From: Rebecca billardiae RCC1528
Taxonomy: Eukaryota > Protista > Haptophyta
NCBI GenBank assembly: GCA_965240325.2
Contig: OZ251250.1
Coordinates: forward strand, 620,001 to 684,000
Length of the DNA: 64,000 nt
Direction: 5' to 3'
How positions within the stretch are numbered: the first letter of the stretch is position 1; each line of letters starts with the position of its first letter. The notes beneath the pieces were generated by a model that was not told where the DNA came from, searched no databases, and was given only the letters and a program-made list of their open reading frames with translations. Shown piece by piece: positions 33,535 to 44,129 of this stretch. Position numbers and translations under genes: made by a program.

Positions 33535-34797
33535 TCAGTCGCCCGGGACTCCGCCGACGTGCGCTAACAATGCAGCGCTGCCACCACGCGAGAGCACCGG
33601 GCACGGCCACGCCCACAGCGAAGTTGCCAACGCAGCAGACGGTGGACCTTGCGCGCGGTGGGCGTCGCCCTTGTCGTGACGCGTCTCGGGCTGCGAGCGC
33701 ACTGCCGCGCCACAGAAGTGGCGCAGAAGTGCGGGGTCCCATCGCACGACGTCGTTGCGCTCCCGCGCCGGCGCGGCGACGCCGGCGACGCGCGGGCCGC
33801 ACGTGCGCCAGAACGTCGCGTGCGGCACTGGGTTGGGTAGCAGCTTGTGGTAGCTCTGGATGTGGCCCACGCCCGCGCACAGCTCGGGGAGGCAGAGCTC
33901 GGCGAACTTGTGCCCCATGCTCCACACGCACGGGTCGACCGGGCGCGGGAGCAGCCCCGTCTCGCGCTGCACCTGCTCGGGCCGCGCCTTCTGGTAGAAG
34001 AAGTAGTACAGGAAGCCCTGCACGCGCATCTCGAAGCGCGAGCTCAGCGGCGCCCAGCCGCGCTGCTGCCAGCCGCACTCGCGCGTGACGGTCGCCGCGG
34101 CGAGCTCGTCGAGCATCGAGCGGAGGACGCGCGTGCGCGGCGGCGCGGCGATGAAGGCGCCGAGCACCGACGTGTCCCACGCGCGCACGGTGAGCACGTG
34201 CCCGCGCGCCGCGCACTCGAGCAGCGGCACGAGCGAGCCGCGCGGCGCCGGGAAGGTGTCAAGGTCCAAGATGAGAACCGCGTCGTAATCCGCCTCCAGC
34301 CCGAGGGCGTTGAGCTTCATGAACTCGCGCGCGCCGCAGCAGCCGCCGCTCTCGATCGGCACGCCCGCGCTCAGCCCGGGCGGCACGACCCAGCGCGTCT
34401 CCACCACGCGCACGCCGAGCGCGCGGATCAGCGTGCGATTCACATCTGAAAGCGGGTGCGGGCGGCACAGGTGCGGCGCGGGCAGGAGGAGGACGTAGTC
34501 GATGCCGTCGTGACGCGCAGATGTGGCCCATAGGCGCATCGTGGACGCGTAGTGCGCCTTGAGCACCTTGTGGCAGTCCCACGAGTGCACGTAGGCGTAG
34601 CGCGCGCGCCGCGCTCTGGGCGGCAAATCGCCGCCGCCGCGCGCGCATGCGTAGACATCATGGCACTCGCTCGCGCCGTCCGGCCCGATGCAGCGCGTGC
34701 GCTGGCGCAGGCGCGCCTTCTCCGCGAGCGTCAGGTTGCCGCTGCGTCGGCAGCTCGCGGCGAAAATCGAAACCACGAGCGTGGCGCCGAGTGTCAT
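33535..34797 (-). CDS. Glycosyltransferase, GT8/glycogenin-like GT-A fold
   Basis: N-terminal hydrophobic anchor. LIRALGVRVV...GCCGAREFMKLNALGLEADYDAVLILDLDTF contains a DxD motif, and VQGFLYYFF lies downstream. Confidence 0.82.
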   Translation of the reverse strand: MTLGATLVVSIFAASCRRSGNLTLAEKARLRQRTRCIGPDGASECHDVYACARGGGDLPPRARRARYAYVHSWDCHKVLKAHYASTMRLWATSARHDGIDYVLLLPAPHLCRPHPLSDVNRTLIRALGVRVVETRWVVPPGLSAGVPIESGGCCGAREFMKLNALGLEADYDAVLILDLDTFPAPRGSLVPLLECAARGHVLTVRAWDTSVLGAFIAAPPRTRVLRSMLDELAAATVTRECGWQQRGWAPLSSRFEMRVQGFLYYFFYQKARPEQVQRETGLLPRPVDPCVWSMGHKFAELCLPELCAGVGHIQSYHKLLPNPVPHATFWRTCGPRVAGVAAPARERNDVVRWDPALLRHFCGAAVRSQPETRHDKGDAHRAQGPPSAALATSLWAWPCPVLSRGGSAALLAHVGGVPGD

Positions 34798-34921
34798 CGA
34801 GCGCTGGTGTGGTGTGCTTGCTCGCGCCCATTCCGTGGGCCGCCATCGTGGGCGTCGTCGACACTGGCGGCATACGGACTACGGTAAAGTAAACTTTAGC
34901 AGTAAACTTTAGTATGGCCTA

Positions 34922-35225
34922 GCTACAGTTTACTAAGAATAAGAGACGCACACAGCTCAGGTAGGCGAGATTGACGCCCGCCAACTGTCACCGCCCATGA
35001 AGCCGTCGCCGATGGTAGCGCCGCCGGAAAAATTCGTTCAGCCGTCCGCCTGCGAGGCCTTGGATGACGAGGGCTGCGGCCGCCTCGCGGCGCGCCAGCG
35101 CGGTCGCCCGCGTACTCAAATAACTCATCACTCGCGTAGTCGTCCTCGCCCCACCGACACCGTCGTCCACAAAACGTCGCGCGTCGTCCGAACTCGCCGA
35201 CTGGGCGCCGATGCGACAGCGCGCC
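34922..35225 (+). repeat. Repeat family B, copy 2
   Basis: tacagtttactaagaataagagacgcacacagctcagg followed by atgaagccgtcgccgat...gggcgccgatgcgacag; inverted relative to 30.4-30.8 kb. Confidence 0.85.
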
Positions 35226-35616
35226 GACAGGATGAGGATGTATAGTATGGGCTATCTATGGGGGGGGTAGTACGCCGTACGCGACTACTGTACGTATATA
35301 TATATACGCTATACATGATACTGCCGCACGACCGTTGGCGTTGACCCGCGCCGTAGTGTCTGATAGTGAGCGAGCGACAAGTCGCCGCCCGGCATCACAC
35401 GTCGCGCGGCGGAACGGCAGTGCGGGTACTAGTCGGGCCGTGTGCAGTTGGGCGGCTGACCATATTGACCTGGGCTGAGAGGCAGATCGATCGACTAAGG
35501 TCATAGTACATGTGAGCCGTCCAGGAAGTTGCCAACGTTGGTGTGATGAATGCATGAGTCCCGCCGTCAGCCCGTGCGAACCGCGCGACGCCGTCACGGA
35601 CTGCGACGCATCGGCA

Positions 35617-36942
35617 TCACAAGCGCGAGCGCGGCGCTGGGCCCTGTCGTCCTGCAGCGGGCTGACCTGCCTGACCTCGACTGTCAGACCCACCGGGCGC
35701 GCCGCCGCCAGCAGCAGGCAGCTTCGACGAGGTCGGCTCTGCCTCCGCCATCTTGCTCCTCGTCGCCGAGCGTGGCCGCAGACTCTCGAAGGCCGTGCCC
35801 GGCGCGCGCGCGTGCGCGAGCACCGGCCGCAGCCACGTGGCGCTCATGCCCGGCGGCACGGCCGAGCCCGTCGGCGCGGGCGCCGGCGCGCGGCACGCGT
35901 ACCAGGGCTCCTCGGCAAGCCCTGACAGCTGCACGACCACGTCAGCATGGCCGCCGTCCTCGAGGAGAAGGCATTCGGGCGCAGGCGCGCCCGCCGCGCA
36001 CAGCGCCGCGTGCATCTGCGCGCTCGCGGTCCACGGGACGGTGGTGTCCTCGGTGCCGTGCACGAGCAGCACGCGCGGCATCCGCGCAGCCTCCGCCGGC
36101 GAGAGCCCCCGCGCGACCAGCGCGGGCGACACGCTGTCGAAGCGCTCCGGCCCGCCGGCGGCAGGCTTCATCGGGCTCACCTCATGCACGCACCGCTTCG
36201 ACTCGAACTCATAATGCTTCGCAATGTCGTACACGCCGGCGAGCCCGACGAGCGCGCGGAGCCGGTCGGCGCTCGGGCCCGCGTCGGCGTCGTCGCCCCG
36301 CGGCGCCACGCCGCGCGCGCGCTGCATCGCCGCGAGCATCGACACGTGCGCGCCGGAGGAGTGGCCGAGCACGCAGAGCGGACGGCCCGCCCACTCTGGC
36401 CGCGCCTCCGCCCACGCGATCGCGCGGCATATGTCGTCGACCTGCTGCGCGATGTCGGCGGTCGGGTAGCGGCGGTAGCCGACGACACACGTGGTGAAGC
36501 CCTCGCGGTCGAGCCGCCGGCCGCACAGCCTGTAGATGAAGCGCGAGCCGCTGCCCCACGCGCCGCCGTGGACGAACAGAAGTACAGGGGCGCTGTCCGC
36601 GTCCGCCGCGTGCCGGCTGGACGCGTCGAAGATGTCGAGGCGGTGCTGCGGCAGCGGGCCGTACGGGACGCTGAGCGACTTGAACTGCACGCTCGTCGCC
36701 GCGATCAGCTCGACCAGCGCCGACGGGCGGAGCGGCAGCGCGACGGCCGACGACGCGAGCGTTGCTGCGTCGACCGCGACGCCGAGTGTGCCCGAGTCTC
36801 GGAGCCAGTGCTGCAGCCGGAGTGGGAGCGCGCGGTAGAGCGTCCGTGTGGTGAGCCGATCGGCCGCGACGCCGAGCCGACGGCTCCCCAGCGTCATCAC
36901 GAGCGCCGACACGAGCAGCGCGTACGCGCGCAGCGAGCGCAT
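35617..36942 (-). CDS. Alpha/beta-hydrolase, isoprenylcysteine methylesterase (ICME)/HSL-like
   Basis: VHGGAWGSG oxyanion motif, GHSSGAH nucleophile, HGTEDTTVP acid and GGHAD His. Confidence 0.9.
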   Translation of the reverse strand: MRSLRAYALLVSALVMTLGSRRLGVAADRLTTRTLYRALPLRLQHWLRDSGTLGVAVDAATLASSAVALPLRPSALVELIAATSVQFKSLSVPYGPLPQHRLDIFDASSRHAADADSAPVLLFVHGGAWGSGSRFIYRLCGRRLDREGFTTCVVGYRRYPTADIAQQVDDICRAIAWAEARPEWAGRPLCVLGHSSGAHVSMLAAMQRARGVAPRGDDADAGPSADRLRALVGLAGVYDIAKHYEFESKRCVHEVSPMKPAAGGPERFDSVSPALVARGLSPAEAARMPRVLLVHGTEDTTVPWTASAQMHAALCAAGAPAPECLLLEDGGHADVVVQLSGLAEEPWYACRAPAPAPTGSAVPPGMSATWLRPVLAHARAPGTAFESLRPRSATRSKMAEAEPTSSKLPAAGGGAPGGSDSRGQAGQPAAGRQGPAPRSRL

Positions 36943-37023
36943 CCAGTGCGAGTGGAGCAACCCCACGTCCGGAGTCCGGAGTGGCGGAGTCCAGAGTCCA
37001 GACGGTCAAGCTCCGGCCAAATA

Positions 37024-37641
37024 ATGGCGACGACCACGGTGCGACGAGCTTTGAGGGCGTGCATCCCGTGCCAGCAGCTGTGCACGCACGCAGCCGCCGT
37101 GCCCGGCGTGGCTGACCTCTGCGACACGCATGTGGGCGATGCGCGCACGCTGCAGCAGCGCGCGCCGCTCACCGCTGGCGTCCAAGCCATGGGCTTCTCG
37201 CCGCCGCTCGCGTTTCGAGACTACGGCGGCCGCACGAGCTTCAGCGGCCGCATCGCCACAGTCTCGTGTTCCGAGTCGAACCCGAACGTGCGCAAGCTCC
37301 TCTCCGCCCCCAGCCACGGCCAGGTGCTCGTGGTCGACGGCGGCGGCTCCACCCGGGCTGCGCTGCTGGGTGACATGATCGCTGAGTTGGCCGTGGAAAA
37401 CGGCTGGGCCGGCATCATCATCCATGGCGCGTGCCGGGACACGGCCGCGCTGAAGCACATGGCGCTCGGTGTGAAGGCGCTCGGCTCACACCCATGCAAG
37501 TCGCACAAGGAGGCGCCGGGCGAAGCCAACGTGCCCGTCACCTTTGGGGGCGTCACGTTTGAGCCTGGCGCGTGGCTTGCCGCCGATGAGGACGGCATCA
37601 TCGTCAGCCCGGTCGAGCTCAGCGTCGCACGGCCAAGCTGA
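37024..37641 (+). CDS. rraA: RraA-family protein / HMG aldolase, with a probable organellar presequence
   Basis: ADLCD, FRDYGGRTSFSG, VLVVDGGGS..ALLGD, NGWAGIIIHGACRD and ADEDGII motifs. Confidence 0.93.
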   Translation: MATTTVRRALRACIPCQQLCTHAAAVPGVADLCDTHVGDARTLQQRAPLTAGVQAMGFSPPLAFRDYGGRTSFSGRIATVSCSESNPNVRKLLSAPSHGQVLVVDGGGSTRAALLGDMIAELAVENGWAGIIIHGACRDTAALKHMALGVKALGSHPCKSHKEAPGEANVPVTFGGVTFEPGAWLAADEDGIIVSPVELSVARPS

Positions 37642-38192
37642 TGCGCGTGCCAGCGCGGCGCGAGGTGCAAGCGTTCCCGCTATGGCGGGGGCGCAGTGCG
37701 TGCATTGCCGACGCGGACGACGGACGACGGCGCTACGCGCTCCGGTCGCCATCAGCAATTCGGGCCCAGTGGCCCGTCAGTTCGACGTTAGTCGTTACTT
37801 TATACTTAGTACTTACATTACGCGCGGTTAACACTGCTAACATGCATCAGTATAGTAGTAAACTCCGCCGAGTAGTTCTACTCTATCCATCGATCACTAC
37901 CAGTATGTACTCTGAACCGTCACACTAGCTCAGCAGTGACTCATCATCACAGTAATAGTCGTCACAGTAGGCGTAGCCTGATGTAGTCGCCTCGTCTCGT
38001 CGGACGCCTGTCAGTGACCGCCCTCTAAGTCGCTCAGACCTAGTCGACTATTAGATACCGTGCTGTTCGAGATCGGATCCGGGAGTGGCGTCGCGGACCG
38101 CGTGCGCCGCTCGCCAGCGCGGCGCCAGCCGCAGCGGCAGCAGCAGTCCGCGCGTCACGTGCGACTCGTAATGCTCGGATATGATCGATCGA

Positions 38193-39386
38193 TCATTTAT
38201 CGTCATAATGATCAGCAGGCGGGACCGCGTCGATCAGCGCGTTGGTGAACTCCCACACGGCCCGCCGCAGCGTGAGGTTCGTCGCGAAGCGCGGGCACGG
38301 CACCGCCGGCTGCGCCTGCGGATGGAAGTACGCGCCGCTGAGCCCGTGCGCGGCCACCTCCGGCGCGGCTGCGAGGAAGAGCTGCGTCAGCGCTCCTTCC
38401 TCCGCAGTCCAGAAGAGCGGCTTGAGCACGTGCGTGATGAAGGCCGTGGTCAGCTGGCCGAGCAGCCCCTCGCCCACGAGGAGCGCCATCTGCGACTGGA
38501 TCGGCGTGTCGACCACCCCTGGGTGGCACGCGTTGAACAGCACGCGCCCCGCGCCCCTGCCGTCCTCCCCGCCGACGAGCTCGCCAGCGGCCGCCCTGCC
38601 GACGCCCGCCCGCGTGCGGCTCGCGTCCTCCATCATGTACAGCAGCTGCGCCAGCTTCGACTGGGCGTACAGAAGGTCCGGGTCCTGGTTGGGCGCGTTG
38701 AGCTGCTCGCGCGAGAGCGCGACGCCGTGCGGGGGCGCCTGGTAGTGCAGCGCGGACGAGACCGACACGACGCGCGCCGTGCCGGTGGCGCCGCCGCGCC
38801 GCAGCGCCGGCAGCAGGGCGCGATACAGCGCGGCATGGCCGACGTGGTTGGTGGCGAAGACGCCCTCGATGCCCTCCGGCGTGAGGACGACCTCGCGCGC
38901 GCCGACGAGGATCGTGCCCGCGTTCAGCACGAGCATGTCCAGCGAGTCGTGCGCGCGGAGGTAGTCCAGCGCGAACGCGCGCGCCGACTGGACGCTTGAC
39001 GTGTCGAGCGTTCGCGCCTCGACCGAGCCCACGCGCGACGTGTTGCGCTCGATGGCCGCGGCTGCGGCGGCGCACTTGCTCGGCGTGCGGCACGCGAGGA
39101 TCACGTGCGCACCCTGTCGCGCGAGGTGGAGCGCTGTGTAGTACCCGATCCCCGAGTTTGCGCCGGTGACGATCGCCGTTTGCCCAATGAGGTCGACGGC
39201 CGCAAGCCGCTCAAACGTGTACTTGTACGGCACGCCGACGTGGAAGGCCGGCGCGAGCCCCACCAGCGAGGGATCGAGCGTGGTCAGCCAGCGCCACAGG
39301 CCCAGCTGCGTCGGCACGCCCGCGAGCAGCGCGCCCACGGCGAGCGCGAGCGCCAGCGCGACGGCCGAGCAACAAGCGCGCGACAT
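38193..39386 (-). CDS. Short-chain dehydrogenase/reductase (retinol dehydrogenase-like)
   Basis: TGANSGIG, LNAG, TNHVGH, VSS, YAQSK and HPGVVDT motifs, with an N-terminal hydrophobic anchor. Confidence 0.95.
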   Translation of the reverse strand: MSRACCSAVALALALAVGALLAGVPTQLGLWRWLTTLDPSLVGLAPAFHVGVPYKYTFERLAAVDLIGQTAIVTGANSGIGYYTALHLARQGAHVILACRTPSKCAAAAAAIERNTSRVGSVEARTLDTSSVQSARAFALDYLRAHDSLDMLVLNAGTILVGAREVVLTPEGIEGVFATNHVGHAALYRALLPALRRGGATGTARVVSVSSALHYQAPPHGVALSREQLNAPNQDPDLLYAQSKLAQLLYMMEDASRTRAGVGRAAAGELVGGEDGRGAGRVLFNACHPGVVDTPIQSQMALLVGEGLLGQLTTAFITHVLKPLFWTAEEGALTQLFLAAAPEVAAHGLSGAYFHPQAQPAVPCPRFATNLTLRRAVWEFTNALIDAVPPADHYDDK

Positions 39387-39449
39387 CGCCGAGGGGGTGG
39401 AGGGCCAACCGTCAACTGACGCAGCGACTTGAGCCGACTCCGCCTAACG

Positions 39450-39968
39450 ATGGCGCTCGTCATCACGTGCTGGTCGCTCGTGCTGGGGACGATCATCGAC
39501 GCACAGGGCGCCGCTCTCGCGGGGATCGCCATCAGACCGTCTCCCGGCAAGGGCCTCGGCGCGTACTCTACGCATGCACGCGCCGTCGGCGAGCTGGTCG
39601 CCGACTACGTTGGCGAGGTCCTCACGGAGCGGGAGAAGGACGCGCGCTATCTCGGTGTCGGCGAGCGCACTGCGGAGGATGACGCGTGGCTCGCGTCGAG
39701 ACGCGAGCGTGGCGTCGGGCTCACGGGCGACTACATCCTGGGCGTTGGGAATGGCCTCTTTATCGACGCGGAGGACCCGCAGCACGGCAACTTCGCGCGC
39801 TACTTCAATCACAACAGTGAGCCCAACATGGCGCTGAAGACGCTGCCGCGTGGCATTGGCAACCGGCCGCGCGCCTGGTTCGTCACGACGCGAGCGGTGC
39901 AGGTGGATGATGAGCTATGCTTTGACTATGGGCCCGACTACTGGTTCGAGGGCGAAGAACCTGTCTGA
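39450..39968 (+). CDS. Small stand-alone SET-domain methyltransferase
   Basis: GKGLG, YVGEV, ARYFNHNSEPN and ELCFDYG motifs. Confidence 0.93.
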   Translation: MALVITCWSLVLGTIIDAQGAALAGIAIRPSPGKGLGAYSTHARAVGELVADYVGEVLTEREKDARYLGVGERTAEDDAWLASRRERGVGLTGDYILGVGNGLFIDAEDPQHGNFARYFNHNSEPNMALKTLPRGIGNRPRAWFVTTRAVQVDDELCFDYGPDYWFEGEEPV

Positions 39969-40527
39969 GAATGATGTGCTGCTACGACCCGTACAGCTGG
40001 CGATCAGCCTGCCCGCGGCAGCGCCAGCGGGCCGCGACCGGGGCCGCCGCCGCCGCCGGGGCCTGCCGCGGCGGTGTCCATCCCGATCCAGCCCTGAGCC
40101 CAGTGCCGCCGACCGATCGCGATCAGGAGATCGACTCTCACTCGTCTCAGACACTCTCAGTAGCGTCGACACGGCATCATGGTGATGATTCCACTACTAC
40201 TGCTGATGAAATTATTGTCTGATGACAGCAGACAATTTATATTCTTGTCTGATGAAAATAATATATTATTGAAATTGTCCGCCGTCCCCGACGTGGTCAC
40301 GACTCACGTGCGCGCTCATCGCGTGGCCCGCACAGCGCGGCAGCGGCAGCGCGCACTTCAGCGGGCAGTCGAGTAGACGTAAGCGACGGCAGCCTAGCCC
40401 CGGGCCGCCCATTGCCACACAGGCCATCACGTGACGTGCGCGCCGCACACGCAGCGCTGTGGCGGGCATGCGCGACGGAGGCCCGACCCGGCCGCCGCCG
40501 CCACACAGCTCACGTTCACTCACTCCC

Positions 40528-41688
40528 TCACGTGACGTGCGCGCCGCGCAGATAGCGGTCCGCAGGCGCAGGCATGCGCGCGGGCGGCGCGTACGACACG
40601 AGCTGCGCGTGCGAGAGCGGCGGCAGCGAGCCGTCGGTGCTCCCCGCCTCGCCGCGCGCGTCGAGCCCCCGCGACATCGCGACCAGCTCCTCGTACGCGC
40701 CCGTTTTCACCATCCGCCCCTCCGAGTCTAAGTAGGCGACGCGCTGCATCATGTACTGGCACGCGGGCGCCGAGAGCGTGTCCAGGCCGCGCGAGTAGGA
40801 GACGGCGAGGATGTCGCCGACGTCGAGCGGGGCGCGCGTGCCGTCCGGCCTGCGGAACTTGTCCCCCTTCCGCACGAAGTAGAGCAGCTGCACGTTGCGC
40901 CCGAGCCCCGTGTCGATCCGCCCCCACTCGCCGGACGGCGCGACCTCGATGCGCATAACCCCGTGCAGCGCCGAGCGCGCCGCCAGCACGGGCAGGCCGC
41001 ACGCGAGCGAGCCGGCGCGCGCGACGTTCTGGTGCGGCATCTTGAGGCCGAGGAAGGGGAACGGCCAGTCCGCCTGCGCCGGTCGATCGCGCGCGGGCGC
41101 GGGTGCGGGGCGCGCGCGCGTGAGGCGGGCACGCGGCGAGCGAGCATGCCGCGGGACGAGACGGGCTCTCCGCTCGCGCGCACGCACGTCGTGGAAGGTG
41201 ATGAGTGTTTCGGAGAAGTAGTTGTCGCGGATCCAGAAGATGCCGCGCAGCATGCTCGGGCAGTTCGGGCTGTCGCCCGTCGAGAGCAGGCGCAGGAACC
41301 ACTCCTCGGGGGCAGCGAGCGAGTGCGCATGGACGGAGGGTCCAAACACATCTGGCTGGCCGCAGCAGTAGGGCACCGCCGGGAGGGCGGGCAGCGGCCA
41401 CGGGCGGCGCGCGGGGGTGTCGCCGTGGAGGCACGACACGCGTCCGCGCCGCCCTTTGCGCAGCTGCGGCGGCGCGTAAACGGCCGGCGGCCGCGCGGTG
41501 CGCTCCCACGCCGCCCAGTCCATCCCTCGCAAGTCGGCCGGCGTGGTGAGCGCCCACCGGCCTTGGCGGTAGAGCGGGGGGTGCACGGCTTTGGTCGGAA
41601 CGGAGCCCTCGCTCCGCTCGAACATCTCGGTCCTGGGCAGCATGCCATCCTCATCCGACCGCCGGCCGGCGCCGCAGCACTGCCCCAT
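40528..41688 (-). CDS. Hypothetical protein with an MGQCCG N-terminus, 2 exons
   Basis: Coding-like ORF with a 114-nt in-frame GT-AG intron (41187-41074). No family recognised. Confidence 0.6.
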   Translation of the reverse strand: MGQCCGAGRRSDEDGMLPRTEMFERSEGSVPTKAVHPPLYRQGRWALTTPADLRGMDWAAWERTARPPAVYAPPQLRKGRRGRVSCLHGDTPARRPWPLPALPAVPYCCGQPDVFGPSVHAHSLAAPEEWFLRLLSTGDSPNCPSMLRGIFWIRDNYFSETLITFHDVRARERRARLVPRHARSPRARLTRARPAPAPARDRPAQADWPFPFLGLKMPHQNVARAGSLACGLPVLAARSALHGVMRIEVAPSGEWGRIDTGLGRNVQLLYFVRKGDKFRRPDGTRAPLDVGDILAVSYSRGLDTLSAPACQYMMQRVAYLDSEGRMVKTGAYEELVAMSRGLDARGEAGSTDGSLPPLSHAQLVSYAPPARMPAPADRYLRGAHVT

Positions 41689-42048
41689 GCCGCGACGCTG
41701 TGCCACGCCCAGCAGCCGTCGGCAGGTATGACGACCGTCAAGCAAGTAGCGCCCGCCACCCGCGCGCGCGCGGGGCGGTCGGGCAAATATTGCTTTTGGG
41801 CGGGATCAATATGCGGGTAAGGGTCGCCCTGAAAAGTGTGGGACAAGCCGCTCAGAAGCCAGTACATTTCAGAGTCGTCGTCTCGTCATCAATAAGAGGT
41901 GTGAGAGTTCAACTGCCGCCGCGAGCCGGAATACCCCCCCATACGCCAGTATGTAGTCAGCCGCATTCGCAGTCGCAGAGCGCTTATTTGCACGGTCGTA
42001 TTGCAAATACGACGACTGCGGGCCGCAGCCGCCGAGTGCCCGCCGCCG

Positions 42049-42900
42049 TCATCCCGCCGCCGGCAGCCCCGTCACTTGCTCCGCGTCGCCGATCCGCGTC
42101 GACACAAACTTGACGGGCTTGCCCGCGCTGTCCAGCTCAAAGTGCACGTTGTGCGCGCCGCCCGAGAAGTCGACAAAGATGGACTCCGCCGCGCACTTGG
42201 CGTCGCAGAAGCGCGACTGCTTGAGCAGGCCCCACTTGCCCGTGCCCCACGGCGTCTTGAGGTCGCAGTGGTCCGTGAAGCCGAGTCCGGGGATGCCGGC
42301 CCACGTCCACTTGGTGCCGATCAGCTTGCGAGCGACCGAGTGCGCCGCCACCTCCGCCTCGCTCGCGCACTCGCGCCGCCAGCCGACCGTGCCGAGCGCC
42401 TTGGAGTCGGGCCACGTGGGGTCCGCGTCCATCGCCTCGTTCCACGCGTTGGTCAGCCACACCGCCGCCGCGTTCGCGCCCGCCGGCGGCGGCTCCATCA
42501 GCCCCTTGGGCGGGAACGCGCCCCCGTAGTGCCGCTTGTCCAGCGACCACTCGCCGATCTGGTTCACGCCCTGCGGCTCGCCGTCCATCTTGTACTCGAT
42601 GCCGTATGTGTAGTGGTGGATGTAGTACTTCTGGGTGTACGTGGGCGCGATGTGCCGGCCGAACGCGCTCGGCTCGGTCTGGAAGTCCCGCACCAGCGTG
42701 TGCCGCACCCCGTGCTTCGCGGCCGCGATCGAGTACCCCCACATCTCCTGCACCCAGCCTTGTATCACCGCCTCAGCGTCCGCGTTCGAGCGCAGCCCGA
42801 GTGAGAAGTCGAGCCAGTCGTCGACGAAGGTGGCGAGCTGCGCCTTGTGGATGATGCACGGCGACGGGCCGACGGGGTCCACATCCTTGTACGAGCCTGC

Positions 42901-42937
<37 letters not shown>

Positions 42938-43853
42938 GATGGGTCGGGTGTGGGCGAGCGCCGCGCGCGCGGCGCGGCGGCGGGGGCGCGGCGCGGCGGC
43001 GCGCGCCCGCGTCGGGACGGCGCTCGGCGGCGGCGCGCGCACCTTCGGGCCAGTAGCGCTTGACGACCCAGTCGACGTGCGGCCCCGCGTGCATGTACCC
43101 GAACACGTACGCCGCGGGCTTCTCGGCCGTCGCCAGGTTGGGCAGCGGGCGGAGCAGCACGTGGTCTGTCTCCGCGATGAACACGTACTCCTCCGGAATT
43201 CTCGCCGCGAGCTCGGGCGTCTGCAGCAGCGTCTTGACGGAGTGGGGCCGGTTGAGCACGCCGAAGTGGAAGTGCGCGCGGATCACCTCGTCCGGGAGCT
43301 GCTTGATGTAGATCGTCGGCATCGCCGCCTCCAGCCCGTCGGCCGCGCCGTCCTTACTGGAAGCCAGCCGAGAGAATTGAGCCATGTCCGTGCAGCCGCC
43401 GTGCGCGGCCATGTCGGCGGCGCGCTGCTTCTTCCAGTGGTAGTACATGATGCGCGACTGCCACTGCTGGTACGTGGTCGTCTGCGCCGTGAGGAGCGTG
43501 TGGTACGGCCGGTTTTTCGGGCAGGCCGACGCCGGCGCCGCCTGCGGCAGCTGGCCTGCTTGTGCGCCCGCGGCCGCGCCCGCCGCCGCAGACGGCTGGC
43601 CGACGGCCGCGCTCGCTGCCGAGCCCGCCGGCTGGGCGACGGCCTGCGCGTCCGCCCCGGCGGCGACGCTCGTCGCCGAGCGCACCGCCATACTCCTCAG
43701 CAGCAGCCGCCGCTCGCGGTCCTCACGGATCGTCGCCTCATGCCGTGCGGACGGGCTGCGCCCGGCGCCCGAGGTGGTGACGCGCAGGACCTGTACGAAG
43801 ATGAGCAGGCCGATGGCCACGAACGCGACCACGGTGAGCTCGGTGCGCTTCAT
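42049..43853 (-). CDS. HPAT: Hydroxyproline O-arabinosyltransferase-like (GT95), 2 exons
   Basis: Type II anchor. Motifs YQQWQSRIMYYH, LNRP, EEYVFIAETDHVLLRPLPN, VGPSP, GWVQEMWGYSIAAA, HYTYG and GEWSLDKR. Intron 43042-42897. Confidence 0.92.
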
Positions 43854-44129
43854 CGCCGCGCTCCTCGCCCCGTGCTCTGCGCACAGGGCGGCGCGCCGGC
43901 GTGCAGCCCGGCGTTGGCAGCTTGGGAGCGCGCGAGCTGGGATGCAGCAAGGACGCCGCCCCGGACTGTCCCAGTCCGGCCGTCCCAGCAAGACCGGACT
44001 TGATCACCAGGTCGGCCATATCCGTTGCAAGGCGGTGGCGCCTGCCCGAGCACAGCTTGCTCGCTGCGGGAGGGGCCGTTCCACGCGCGGGCTTGGGCGC
44101 AGCGAGCACAGCGGGCAGCCGCGCGCGCC

